Source of the DNA: Orbicella franksi
Taxonomy: Eukaryota
DNA length: 64,000 nt
Direction: 5' to 3'
NCBI GenBank assembly: GCA_964199315.1
Contig: OZ116710.1
Location: 1,984,001-2,048,000, forward strand
Part shown: piece by piece, positions 1 to 11,600 of the stretch
Layout: each line of letters begins with the position of its first letter
Position numbering within the stretch: position 1 is the stretch's first letter
The notes under the pieces: model-generated
What the model saw: the letters and a program-made list of their open reading frames with translations, nothing else
What the model was told of the DNA's origin: nothing
Databases searched by the model: none
Translations under genes and position numbers: made by a program

Positions 1-345
1 TGATATTTCATGCCGACGGCAATTTAAAATCTCTCAAGCAGGCTCTCAAAATTTGCTGTGTTTTGAATCTCCAAATCTAAACTTTTAGCGCAAATTCCTT
101 GGCCTGCCTTCAAGACAACCACTTTTTGATGTTTTTAAAAAACCCCTTAAGCTTACCAAATTTTTCAGTTCTAATTCTCGATAACACAACTGGACGTTCT
201 CATGTAGATAAATGCGCTTACTGTTTTATTCTAGTCCTAACAGTTGTTTCGAGACAATTACAATCGGGAAGTGTCTCCGCCTCTAGTTATCTCTAGTTGA
301 CTGGAGCAAATGTCCAGACGGATACTTTTCTCCTACCCAGTCAGT

Positions 346-480
346 ATTTAACAATTATTCCACGAGCACGGTGAGCCATTATACCATGTAGAGCGTGGTA
401 TAATGGCTCATATACCATGATACCTTATCAATGAAAACTCTTGAACTGCATTATCCAATGACATAGTTTTATTTTATAAA
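346..480. repeat. Interspersed repeat fragment containing a 15-bp perfect hairpin
   Basis: TGAGCCATTATACCA (372-386) is the reverse complement of TGGTATAATGGCTCA (396-410). A related copy (gtagagcgtggtataatggctcata...gaaaactct...attgcattat) lies at about 18525-18610. Confidence 0.55.
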
Positions 481-804
481 ACGTAATACCGTAAACTGCC
501 GCTTATAAGCCCCTCCACTGATAAGCTCCCCCTGGTTATACGGCAGATCTATTCAAACCACAAAATACATCGGGTTATAAACCCCCCCCACCACCCCGGG
601 ATACAAGCCCCCGTCTAGCTTTCCTTGTTTTGATTCGTTTTATTATGATGTTTTATAGCTCAATTACCAGTAAATGAAAAACCTATTTCGATCAACTTGT
701 GTAGCTACAACTCGTTTAGAAACGGTTTTATTTTTATTCCGGATATAAGCCCCCTCGGATATAAGCCCCTCCGTTTATAAGCTCATCTAAAAGCCCTTAA
801 TAAG

Positions 805-806
<2 letters not shown>

Positions 807-862
<56 letters not shown>
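807..862. repeat. (CAAT)14 microsatellite, the tail of the LINE
   Basis: 14 perfect CAAT units read directly. Confidence 0.95.
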
Positions 863-863
<1 letters not shown>

Positions 864-1650
864 TTTATTTGCACTCACGCTTGCCGCTCAAAATGCGAAA
901 TTACAACAATGAAAATATTAAAAGTAAAAATTAGAGTACTAGCTGCCTGGAATAACCATAGGGGCTAGCGGAGCCAGGCAACCAGTTAACATCAGCATTA
1001 AATAGAAATAAAATACAGGTCAGCAAGAAAACTGAAGCACAAATGCACACAAGAAGAAAAAAAGAAGAGGAAAAACGCTATTTCTACCGCGTCTATGAAG
1101 GAAGTCTAAATTAGTTAAATTTGTATATGAATACAAAACATTAATATAAGAAGAGCACATAATAGCTATGGCAACTAATAACAGCTATATATTTAACTAT
1201 AAAAGAAAGACTTGGAAAGGTGAAAGAAATCAACAGAAGATTGATTTACAGGTAAATTGGGAAACAACACAACTGCTAATAAAATAACAAGTAACTAATA
1301 ATCTTTGACAAGATCGCTTTTTACTGATTCCTTAAAGTTTGAAATATAGAGAAGGTTTTCAAATTTTCACTAATTGAAATCCATACTTTGGGGCCCTTAA
1401 ATCTTATGTTGAATATTCCATAATTTGCTCTCACTTTAGGTAAAGTATAGAATATATTCGAAGCACTTCTTGTATTATAGTTATGTCTTTTATTGACTTG
1501 TGTGAAGAAAGTATCAAACACAGATGTTAGACGTCTATTGTGAAATTTACACACTGAAGACTGCAATATTAAGAAAGACAAGGTCAGTAAGTTTAACAAT
1601 ATTTAAGTGTTTGAAAATTGAATTAAGATGCTCATGAAATTTAGAGTTGT
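807..1650 (-). mobile_element. 3' fragment of a CR1/L2-type LINE (RT C-terminal remnant, 3' UTR, microsatellite tail)
   Basis: ORF 1321-1599 contains HNYNTRS...LPKVRANYGIFNIRFKGPKVW, typical of the CR1/L2 ORF2 end. On the minus strand it ends in AATAAAG followed by (ATTG)n. Confidence 0.8.
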
Positions 1651-1789
1651 TTAAGCCCAGGGCTTATAAGCGGCAGTTTACGGATCGATGCCCATGTGCT
1701 GCTGAACTCGCAATATTCTCTTACCGTCACTCTTCTATTTTATGTTTTAATTCTGAATTTATCTTAGCGAATATAGTAATTGTAAGTAG

Positions 1790-1908
1790 TAATGTTATTG
1801 TAAATAGTCGTGGATTTTTGTCATGAGCCCCGGCTCGGGAGATTGGGCAACCACTACATACGTTTACGACTTAAAATAAAGTTACTTTACTTTGCTTTAC
1901 CTTACTTT
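1790..1908 (+). mobile_element. Short LINE/SINE 3' end (L2-like) with (TTTAC)n tail
   Basis: gagccccggctcgggagattgggcaaccact...AATAAA followed by a degenerate TTTAC repeat tail. Confidence 0.45.
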
Positions 1909-1977
1909 CTGGTAACGGTGACTTGTGAAGTGTACGTTTTATTAATTTTAGTTTCATCGTAGTTTGCGGTTTGTTCC

Positions 1978-2245
1978 GCCCAGGGGGACTCCCAGGTGAA
2001 AAGGTCTGGGATGTTGGTCGTATCCTTTAGGCATGTGATTAATCACGGATTTTGGTCCCAGGGTATTCAGGACGAAACGCCACAATTTTTTACTATAAAG
2101 GTATCCTTTAGGGTTGCAATAAAGAAATAATAAATAACGCTGTCATGTCCGTTTTAAGGTGGTGCATGGTACCTATAAAGCTCGAACCACACCCAGTTGG
2201 TCTCCTTTAGGGATTTAACTCAAATTTTACGACGAGCATCCCGGC
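1978..2245. mobile_element. Degenerate MITE
   Basis: Imperfect subterminal inverted pair GGGATGTTGGTCGTA / TACGACGAGCATCCC; non-coding. Confidence 0.45.
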
Positions 2246-2604
2246 TCGGCTATAATAAGAATGCTCATGTAAACTTAATTCCAAAAGCATAGATACTTAC
2301 CCCCCTCAGTAAAAAAGAGATAGAGATGAAAGGAAAAAGAAAAATATAAAGTAACAAAACCTCGCACTCAAACTTTCCGCCCGACCTCTTTCTCGTTTTA
2401 CCTGGGGTTCACTACGTGTGAAGAAATTAAACTTAGACTTTTGAAACTAAAATAATCAACTTTACAAGCTTAAATAGGCACTGTATTTTATCTGAGTCCT
2501 GGAAGAAGCTTACCCTTCTCCCAAGAGCTTTCCTTTCTTCCCTCTTCAACAGAGGAAAGCCGCCAGGTTAGGAGCGAACAGTAGGGGTGGGCTGGTCAAG
2601 ATTT

Positions 2605-2667
2605 GTCAATCACGTGACTGGAAGCCATGTTTGGTAGAAAGTTTGGTGGCCGCTTCCAAGATGGCGG
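2605..2667 (+). promoter_or_regulatory. PPP4R1 core promoter motifs: E-box (TCACGTGAC) and YY1-type CAAGATGGCGG overlapping the start codon
   Basis: TCACGTGAC at 2610-2618. CAAGATGGCGG at 2657-2667 contains the ATG at 2661. Confidence 0.5.
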
Positions 2668-5600
2668 GTAGGTCGTGAATTCCGATGAGGTATTCGTCCC
2701 GTTTCATTACTTATTGTCTATCTCCTTTCAGATATACGATTCCATATAGAAAGCAATGATGGCCCAGAAGAGGAAGACCAAGAAGATGGTATGTTCATTT
2801 GTCTAACTTGCATTCTGTGGATGCCGGACATAGCGTTTTGATCAACGCATCACTTCCCACGGTCTTTCTACTTCAACGGTTACCTATTACCCAATATCTT
2901 GATTTCACAGAGGGGTACGAGATGGATCAGGACGAGTCTTCACTGCAAAGTTATGCATCTGCTGAAGAACCTCTGAGCCCCATCATCAGGATGGAGAGAT
3001 TTATGCTGAGCGACATCATTGTCAATCGGTGAGTTTCGCGAAAGTTCAGCACGTGTGAGCTGAGACTGTGTCTTCTTTCTGCGAGTTCGTTCGTTTTTTC
3101 GTTGCTGTCGTAAATTCACAATGTGACTTTCAATGATCTATTCATAGGCAAATGGCTGCTAGATGTTGTCAGGACGCTCTTAGGGCGAGTAAGACCAAAG
3201 AGGAAGTTTACCATGTATTAAGACTCATGGTTCGCCTTTCGGATGACATCGGTAAGCTGCAGTTGATCGAGTTTTGCGTAATCATAACTCAATATGGGTA
3301 CTTCAAGTATCCAGAAACTACCCGCCAGATTGTTAATTAAACCTATTTGATGCTTTAAAAATCAACGCTATCCAGTTATTTTAAGTTCAAAGTCTGTATT
3401 TTGCGGTGTAAAATTTGAACTGGAACTTGCATGATATCTAAATTTTTTATATCAAAGTTCGATCGGCGCGTTAAAAGATCACACGTTTGCCAGAATTGAA
3501 ATACATTCCTTAGATAATAGTTTTCTTTATTCACCTTGCATTTTAAGTTTATTTAATTGCAAACCATTTATTTACTAGAAGGTCGATGAAATAGCTTCTT
3601 GAACTAACGATATTGCCCTACATGTAGCTCATAAATGTCTGACGTCGTTTGATATTTTGCAACTGGACAAGCTGGCTGTGTTTATGTTAACCACCTCCAA
3701 TAAATTATTATGTTATTTCTTCAAAAGATGCAGTCGATAAAATATTAGAACAGCAGTTTCCTAAAACCATGGGCTATTTCTAGATAAAGTTGAAACGATC
3801 TTTTCAGGATCAAGATTTTTTTGATCTGATGTGCAGTTTGTGTATATGCACAAGTACTACTGCGGAATAGTTTCATACTTAAAGAAGGAAAATAAACAAG
3901 TGAAAATTCTCTACAAGGTATATGAAAAATTAACCGAGACATTTTATAATATTGATCTGTCAGAAAACTTTACACTCATTTGTGATGTGCATTAGCATGT
4001 GCAAATAAATACACTGTATTGCTAATGTTGAAGTTCACACAAATTTCACTATGTTTGTTTTTTGTAACTGAGCAATAGTGTTATAAAGGGTATGGTTTCC
4101 GCAACTTGGTTTGGAAATTTGCTGCACTGTTATGGGGCAAGTTTAAAACTCATTGCAAGTTGTTTACAGTGGGCACTCTTAAAAGAAAGCTGTTGCAATT
4201 TGCATGATTATTTATTGTCATGAAAAGTGGAAGCTTGACAATGGTGGTGTTTTCTGTAACTTTTCTTGCAACAAAATTGTGAAACAAAATGCACTCTGAC
4301 GCTACCTTTTGTAAATACATAGCATGCCTTTCTTTACAGTAGTATAAAGGTGCAAGTTTAGTTACAAAATATTGAATTACTTTGCCTATATTCTGGTTTT
4401 ATGTGTTGGGCCTTACCTGTGACACGATTGAACATGTCACTAGTGTAACCCTATAACTGATTTTGTTTGTAATATTGATAATAATGTATTTATTGGAATA
4501 TTTTTTAGAACCATCTGTTAGAGTTGAGCTTATGGAACAGGTTCCCCATGTAGCAGTGTACTGTTATGAACATCATTCGATGATGGAAGCTGTGCCGCAA
4601 TATATTTTATTTATTGTACTCCGATTTTTAACCGATTCCAATAATCAGGTACAGTTGTAAGGACTAACATTAAAGTTCAATTCAAGGCTTATTATTGTTA
4701 CTGTTTAGTTTGTTTAGTGAGCATTCGACCAGTAAGATGGATACTGGGCAAGGAAATCTATTTGGCTTTGTGGCAGTTCATTTCATGTATTAGTGTCGTA
4801 AATGTCAGGGCTAGCAGGTTTATAGAGTTGTCAGCTTGGAAGCAATTGATTCAACCTAAGAGATGACTCAACCAGCTAGTAAATATTAGGGTTAAATGAC
4901 CTGTAATAAGGTCAGTAATAGTCAAGTTAGGACATATTTCCCAGCTTTGATTTGAATATCTACGTGGTGATGTCAGGACTGAAGATTTGCAAAGTTAAGC
5001 TCAAAAATATCTTTTCCTACTTAAATCAGGACATAAGAGTGCAAATGTGGGTTAATCACAACTAAGATGAAATGCTGTTGACTATGGCGATCATTCATGT
5101 ACTCTACCATCACACATTTACATGCAGTTTATAAAATGCTAGCCTGTAATCAATCCTTTCGAAGTTGCATGTAAACAGACACTGAATTCAACTAAGTAGA
5201 ACTACAACTACTACTACTAAGTAGATCGGAATGTATTAGTTTGGACAATTTCAATTTCTTCGACTCGAAGCTTACTGTATGATTTGTTTGTGTTGGTTAG
5301 GTTCGTAAAACAAGTCAAGCTGCCCTGTTAGTTCTGTTGGAACAGGAAGTTGTTGAAAGAGGTGAAACTGAAGTTACTTGCACATAGTTTGTCTATTTTT
5401 AGAAATGTTGCTTTTGTCTGTAAACATTAGCAAACCCTGGAGCCACTTTCACTTTCTGAAATAACAATACATTAAATTGACTTTTGAGTGCTGTATGTAT
5501 GTAGAACACACAATAAGAAATTTTGAGAAAAGGAAAAATGTGAACTTGTAGTCCATCTCGCAATTTGAAACATGCATGCATTTCCAGTACTCCCCTCACG

Positions 5601-8600
5601 TTCTTTTCACTGGAAAATGTTTGGCAATATGAAAAAAACATACCTTCCAAATAGTTATCTGATTATGATGTTCATCCATTGGTGTCAATGATGACCTTGG
5701 CTTCACTGATTGGCAGAATGTTTACAAAGGTGGCTGATTAATCCAATCTGGGCGTGGGACTGTCTGCTAGAGATTGTGCACTGTCTAGGGCTACAGTAGT
5801 TTTAAAAGCAGGAAGTTTTGGAGCAACTCTGTGATGTTTTTAAAGTAATCTTGTGTTAACATTTTATGTGATTTTAGTAAAGTAGTCTTGTGATAACATT
5901 TTATGTTGACTTCCTGCCTTTAGAGGATGTTGAAGACCAGGTGTGTCCTGTCTTGCTTCAGCTAACAGCAGGAGAGAGTAATGATGACTACAGATCTGAA
6001 GCAGTTGCAGTAAGTCCTAAAATTGTTATTTGCAGCTAGAGTAATGAATTAATTATATTGTAAAATAGAAATAATCCTCCATAGAAGGTACCTACTCAAC
6101 CCCTTCCTCTCCATCCTAGATACAAATACTCTACATGTAAATCATCTCATTAATCTTGTTTGCCAATGTAGATTTTTGTACATCTAAGAGTACCACTGAT
6201 CTCATAATTGGCAGTCTTTCACAATGTTATGTTTCTGCTACTTGTACGGAAGTTGTACTTGTTATATTTATATATATTTATGATATTTTATTTTAGTTAA
6301 TGAGTAAGATGGCTCCGCTTGTTGGACGTGATATCACAGAGCGGTACTTTTTACCGAGGTTTGAGGTTCTGTGCTCTGATCCTTTGTTTCATGTCAGAAA
6401 GGTCAGTAACATGCTCGGTCAAATACTAACGTACAGAACTGTGCACCCCAATTAGAAAAAAAAAAGAAAATAATTCAAGTTGCAGATCTTCTTGGGGCTG
6501 ATTTAGATGGTATAACTTTTGCAACTGGCAGCAAACTTATGACAAGTGTCTAGAAGCATGATTCATGTTTTCTCAGTAAAGCCTACAATACATTGTTTCT
6601 TTCTTGCACTTTTTGTGTATGACGAAAACAAATATTGTGGGATTTTTGAGGTTTGAGACCATACAACAATGTTCGCATCAAACGTATTTAAAGTTGTACA
6701 TTCCATGTGTCTAAAGTTGTATTATTTTGCATGGCTTGCCCAGTCTGTGGCACAAAACCCACAAAAAGCAAAGTTTTACTGTCTAAATTAGTCCTTAGAG
6801 TGTTTTTCAAATGACTGACTTGTAAAACCTCAAGCACAGTTCTTAATGTTAGCTGGCCAATCACAACAAACACATGTACATGTACCATAACAAACCAATC
6901 AGAACTTGTGACCTGTGCCAAGTACAGGAATGCGTTGAGTTCCCCTTTTTTATAGTTTTCCTCCTGATTGGGATTGTGTTTGTCATAGTCAGAGAACATT
7001 TACATGGCATACATGAACATGCGGCTCTTTGTAGCCAACTACAGATCTTGGTCACATTTGATTAGGATGATAATTTCATTTCTATTCACTTTAGGTCTGT
7101 GCTTCCAACTTTGGTGAGATGTGCAGTGTTCTTGGACCTGAATTAACAAGTGAAAGAATGGTTAGTACCATTTTATACAATGACAGAGTGTTTATTTCTT
7201 CTCAGCTACAGGTGTAAATATGTTCCTCCTCCAGTTGTCCCTCGATAAATTTAGCATTATTTTGTTTACATTGCAGCTTCCAGTTTTCTTCAAGTTGTGT
7301 CAAGATGGAGTGTGGGGTGTGCGAAAGGTGTGGTCATTTTAATTTTGATACTATACATCTGTCCAAATTTGAAATAAAGGAATTGTAAGATTTTCATTGC
7401 ATGAGTGACCAGTGCTAAATAACTTTGTTGGCGTGTCAGAAGTTTTGTTTCCTTGTTAGTTTCATTCTGAATATTAATATTATTATAGTGAATTAACTGG
7501 CACACTGTAATGAGTTAATTTTCTTTTCTTTAAGTTGCTGTAAACAATGCAATTGATGTAAGAAGTGTGAACTGTAAATGATTGTATTGTAACTAGTTTT
7601 TGTGTGTTGCATAAAAGAATGTCAAAAGTAGACAATATCCTCATTTTATTTTTTTTCCTAAAACGGCCACCTAGTATGTGTTCATGTAGCTATGATTTAT
7701 TGTACATGTACATGTAAGCAGAAGCAAAATTGCTATGATAGCATTTTAGGAGTGGAGTAGGGTGTCTGAAATTCAAACTGTTTGTTTGAAACTTTTTAAC
7801 TACATGTATCCTTGGACAAGTAAATATCAAGTCATTATTTGAGTTACTACTTTGTTGCTTGTTTGAATCTCATCTTACATGTATATGTACAGCGACTAAA
7901 ATCTTTTTTTTTTTCAGTACAACCACTTTCTTTTGGTCATGCTTAGTCGTAATTGAACTGAATTTAATTCTTGTATCAACCTAGGCTTGTGCTGAATGTT
8001 TTATGAGTGTGTCCACGGCAAGTCCTACTATGATGAGAAAGAATGAGCTGTCTCAGTGCTTTGTCAGCTTGTTGTGTGACAAGTCAAGATGGGTATGTAC
8101 TCAAAAGCAGCTTCATTTTTGTGTCTTTTCCTAGTCAAGGGATTGGCGCTCAATTCTAGTGACTACTCTCCTGTGCTAGGTGGCTACTATCTATATTTTG
8201 TAGTCCATCATGAGCTGAATCCCAGTCAGAAGCTCATCAGGTTACCAAAACAATTCTGTACCCATTTATACTCACGTGAGTCCTGGGTGGAGAGAGTCAC
8301 TCTGAGATTAGATTGCTTTTCCCAAGAACACTTACCCAGTGACATTGGTCCCACTCAAACCTAGACTTGAATGTTTAAGATTTAGTGGATTAGACCTCCC
8401 TTCTTTGTAATTTGAAGCACTGCAATTAAAAAAGCATGTTAAATTGTATTTCAGGTTCAGATGGCTGCCTACCAAAGCCTTGGTCCTTTCATTTCCACTT
8501 TTGCAGACCCAGGAGAGAGTGGTTTTTATATAAATGAGGAAGGGATTTTGTGTGCACTGCCTCAGAGAGAACTGGAAACTCCTTCATCCCCAATACAAAC

Positions 8601-11600
8601 AGAGGCAGAAGCATCGGCAAGTCAAATCACAACTGAAGATTCTACTTCTGAAGAGTAAGCAGTAGTTAGTGCTCTTTTCCTCTCCTCACGTTTCGTTGTT
8701 GTTGTCCTCCACCAGTTCTTTCATTCGTTAATTTGAGGTTCACTATGCCTAACAATTTTGCCACAAAGAAGAGTGAGAGAAAAAAATACTAGCCTTGTGG
8801 TACACATGTGCACATAAATTCAAATCCTGCTTTATAGACACCCATTTTATGTGGGACCTCCTGTTTACACCTGTACAACATTAACATTTGATGCCATGAA
8901 TATACATGTACATAATATAGGCAATGGATTTAAACAGTTACATGTACACACTCTCTGTGTTCCCTGTTGAACACACACAAGCTGCTGTTTGACATTAATC
9001 ATTAATCATTAATCATTAGCTTGACATATATTTTCTGTGGATTGTTTATAACTGTATGTGATTGTTTTCAGTGCTTCTCATGAAGAAAACAGGCAGACTG
9101 AACGACAGCCCTCACCTGAGGCTCGTACCACAGACTCTGGTTACATTTCACCACCAGAGATCATATCAAATGAACCAGATGTACAAAAGCAGTCACAAGA
9201 AAGCAAAAGCAGACATGTTCTTGATCATGCATGTTCAAAAGAGTCAGGAAATTGCCATAAGTACATGACTACGGATCTTGACGAGGTTGATGATAAGTAC
9301 TTTGATTCATTTCTGTATTGGAGGACGCCTTTACCTCAAGTTGAACTAGATGCAGAAGATCTTGCAAGTGTTGAAAAAGTTAAAACTACAAGTAATAAGT
9401 TGGAATTAACACCCAAATCAAGTGCATTAGGTGAAGGAGAAACAAGTAGATCCTCAGATATACATCGCCATAGCGATGCTATACCTCAACATCATCACCA
9501 TCATCACCATCCAAAGCTATCGTTTATGCACGGTGATGATGATAGTGACGAGGAAGATGGCATTCCTCTGTATTCTCTTACTGATGAATTTCATTCTCAT
9601 GTGGATGGTATTGGTCGTTTTGATTATGATGACTACAGGAAGCTTAATTTAGCTCATACGTCTTCATTTGACGAGGATCTTCTCATTGCAGATCACATAA
9701 CAGCCCCTCCTGTGCAGGTACACTATTACTGTAACCCTTCTGGTGCAAAGCACAAACTGTTATGTTAATTATGTAATTCCTTTTTCTGATTTCTGCACAA
9801 CATCTTCTTAATAAATGTTTACATGACATGCTGAGAGTTCCATTTTCTTGGTGGTGTACAACATGACAAACGAAATTGCACCATTCAAGCAGACACATGA
9901 ATTTATAACCTATGCGATATGTTAAGGAGTGAGAGAGGACAATTTGACAATTTGTTATCGTAATAAACAAATTGATGTCAGTTTTTAACACGTCTGTCCT
10001 GTTATTGACAATGAATTTCGTCATAGCATTGTCAAAGTAGTCTTCGGATCCAGTGGTGAATGTTATGATGAAATTCATGATCAATAACAGGACAGATGCA
10101 TGAAAAACTGACATCAATTTGTTAAATAGACAACAGTTTCAACTGGTACAATTAATTACTAGCTGACCTTTCATTTCAGAATGTCATTCCTCAAACCCTA
10201 CTTGACCACTATATCTCAATGACGGAACCTGCTAAAGCACAGACCATTGACACTGAAATTGTACGGCATTGTGCCTTCAGTTTACCTGCCGTGACTTTAA
10301 CATTAGGTCGTAAAAACTGGCCCTGTTTGAGAGACACATATGAACTGCTTATTGCTGATATGCAGGTATGATTTTGCATTTTAGACATCATTTTATATAA
10401 TTTATTAATATTTACCATATTTGTTATTTGATGTGGGATAAAGATAATGTACTCTCTTGCTACTCTTGACCTTAGTCTAGTGAATGTGCCAGACTGTACA
10501 ATGTACCCCTGTATTGTTATTCAGTCTTCCTTGAGAGACTAGACATCCTTTCCCAGTATTAGCTCTTTTTCAGTGGCTGTTACAGCAACCTATTAGGCAG
10601 ACAGGCTTTCAGTATTCTATGATTACTGGACTTAATTGAGAAAGTCACGGAATTGTATACAATTGTATTCCAATTCAAAAATACTCTTAATTAAATGCTT
10701 ACTGCTAAACCAGATCAACCTTTTCTGTCCAAAATGAACTACAGTACATTGCAGTTAGTGAATTCATGAACAGAAAAAGACGACTTGAAGAGTTCAGTGA
10801 AATCTGATTACCCAGGAGTAAGTTACAGTGCATGTGTTAACTTGTGGAATCATTTTTTTCTTTCAGTGGAAAGTTCGCAGAACATTAGCATTCTCTATAC
10901 ATGAACTTGCATTAGTTCTTGGAAGTGAAATTACAAGAATTGAATTGGTACCAACTTTTAATAGCTTTCTTAAAGACCTAGATGAGGTAAGAGGAAACGA
11001 GAACATTGAGAATTACACTTGCAGGTGTAATATATTTTTCCCTTTAATGGGTAATAATTTACTGTAATTAATTTCCTTACTGTTTTCTGTTTCTGTAACT
11101 TTTTCTGCTTTCATAAATGTTTCTTTTCCATGTGGACAGCAAAATGTCCAAATTTAATGAAATAATCTTAGTTTGTAATTTCATGTATGAATGTTTCTCA
11201 CTGGTATATGAATGTATTTTAAATGTAATGGGTCTTATTTTCATAATGACTTTAGGTGAGAATAGGAGTTTTGAAGCATTTAGCAGATTTCATCAAGGTA
11301 AGAGATACATGCACATACAACCTCCATTCTTTGTCAATGGAAGTGAGTTGGTTATTCGCACCCTAGTAAGCTCTTGTCAAATTTGCAGAATGACGTGCTT
11401 GTACTCTACAGGTAGAGGTTTGATATGCATGTGAAGATACTATCCCCTCATGTTTGGAGACAACTTTGTTATACACGCCATATTCTTATCACCCATGTGT
11501 CTGGCTTGCACAAATATCTATTGTTAATTATAATCCATCAAATATTTTCGCTCGCACGCGATTGGTCTAAATGCATCATGTGACTGCATATTCCTCAGCT

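Larger units (their letters stand above)
489..1683. mobile_element. Non-autonomous TIR element (Tc1/mariner-pogo-like MITE) interrupted by a LINE fragment
   Basis: Perfect 24-bp terminal inverted repeats CCGTAAACTGCCGCTTATAAGCCC at 489-512 and 1660-1683. TA on the left flank; internal ATAAGCCCC subrepeats. Confidence 0.8.
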
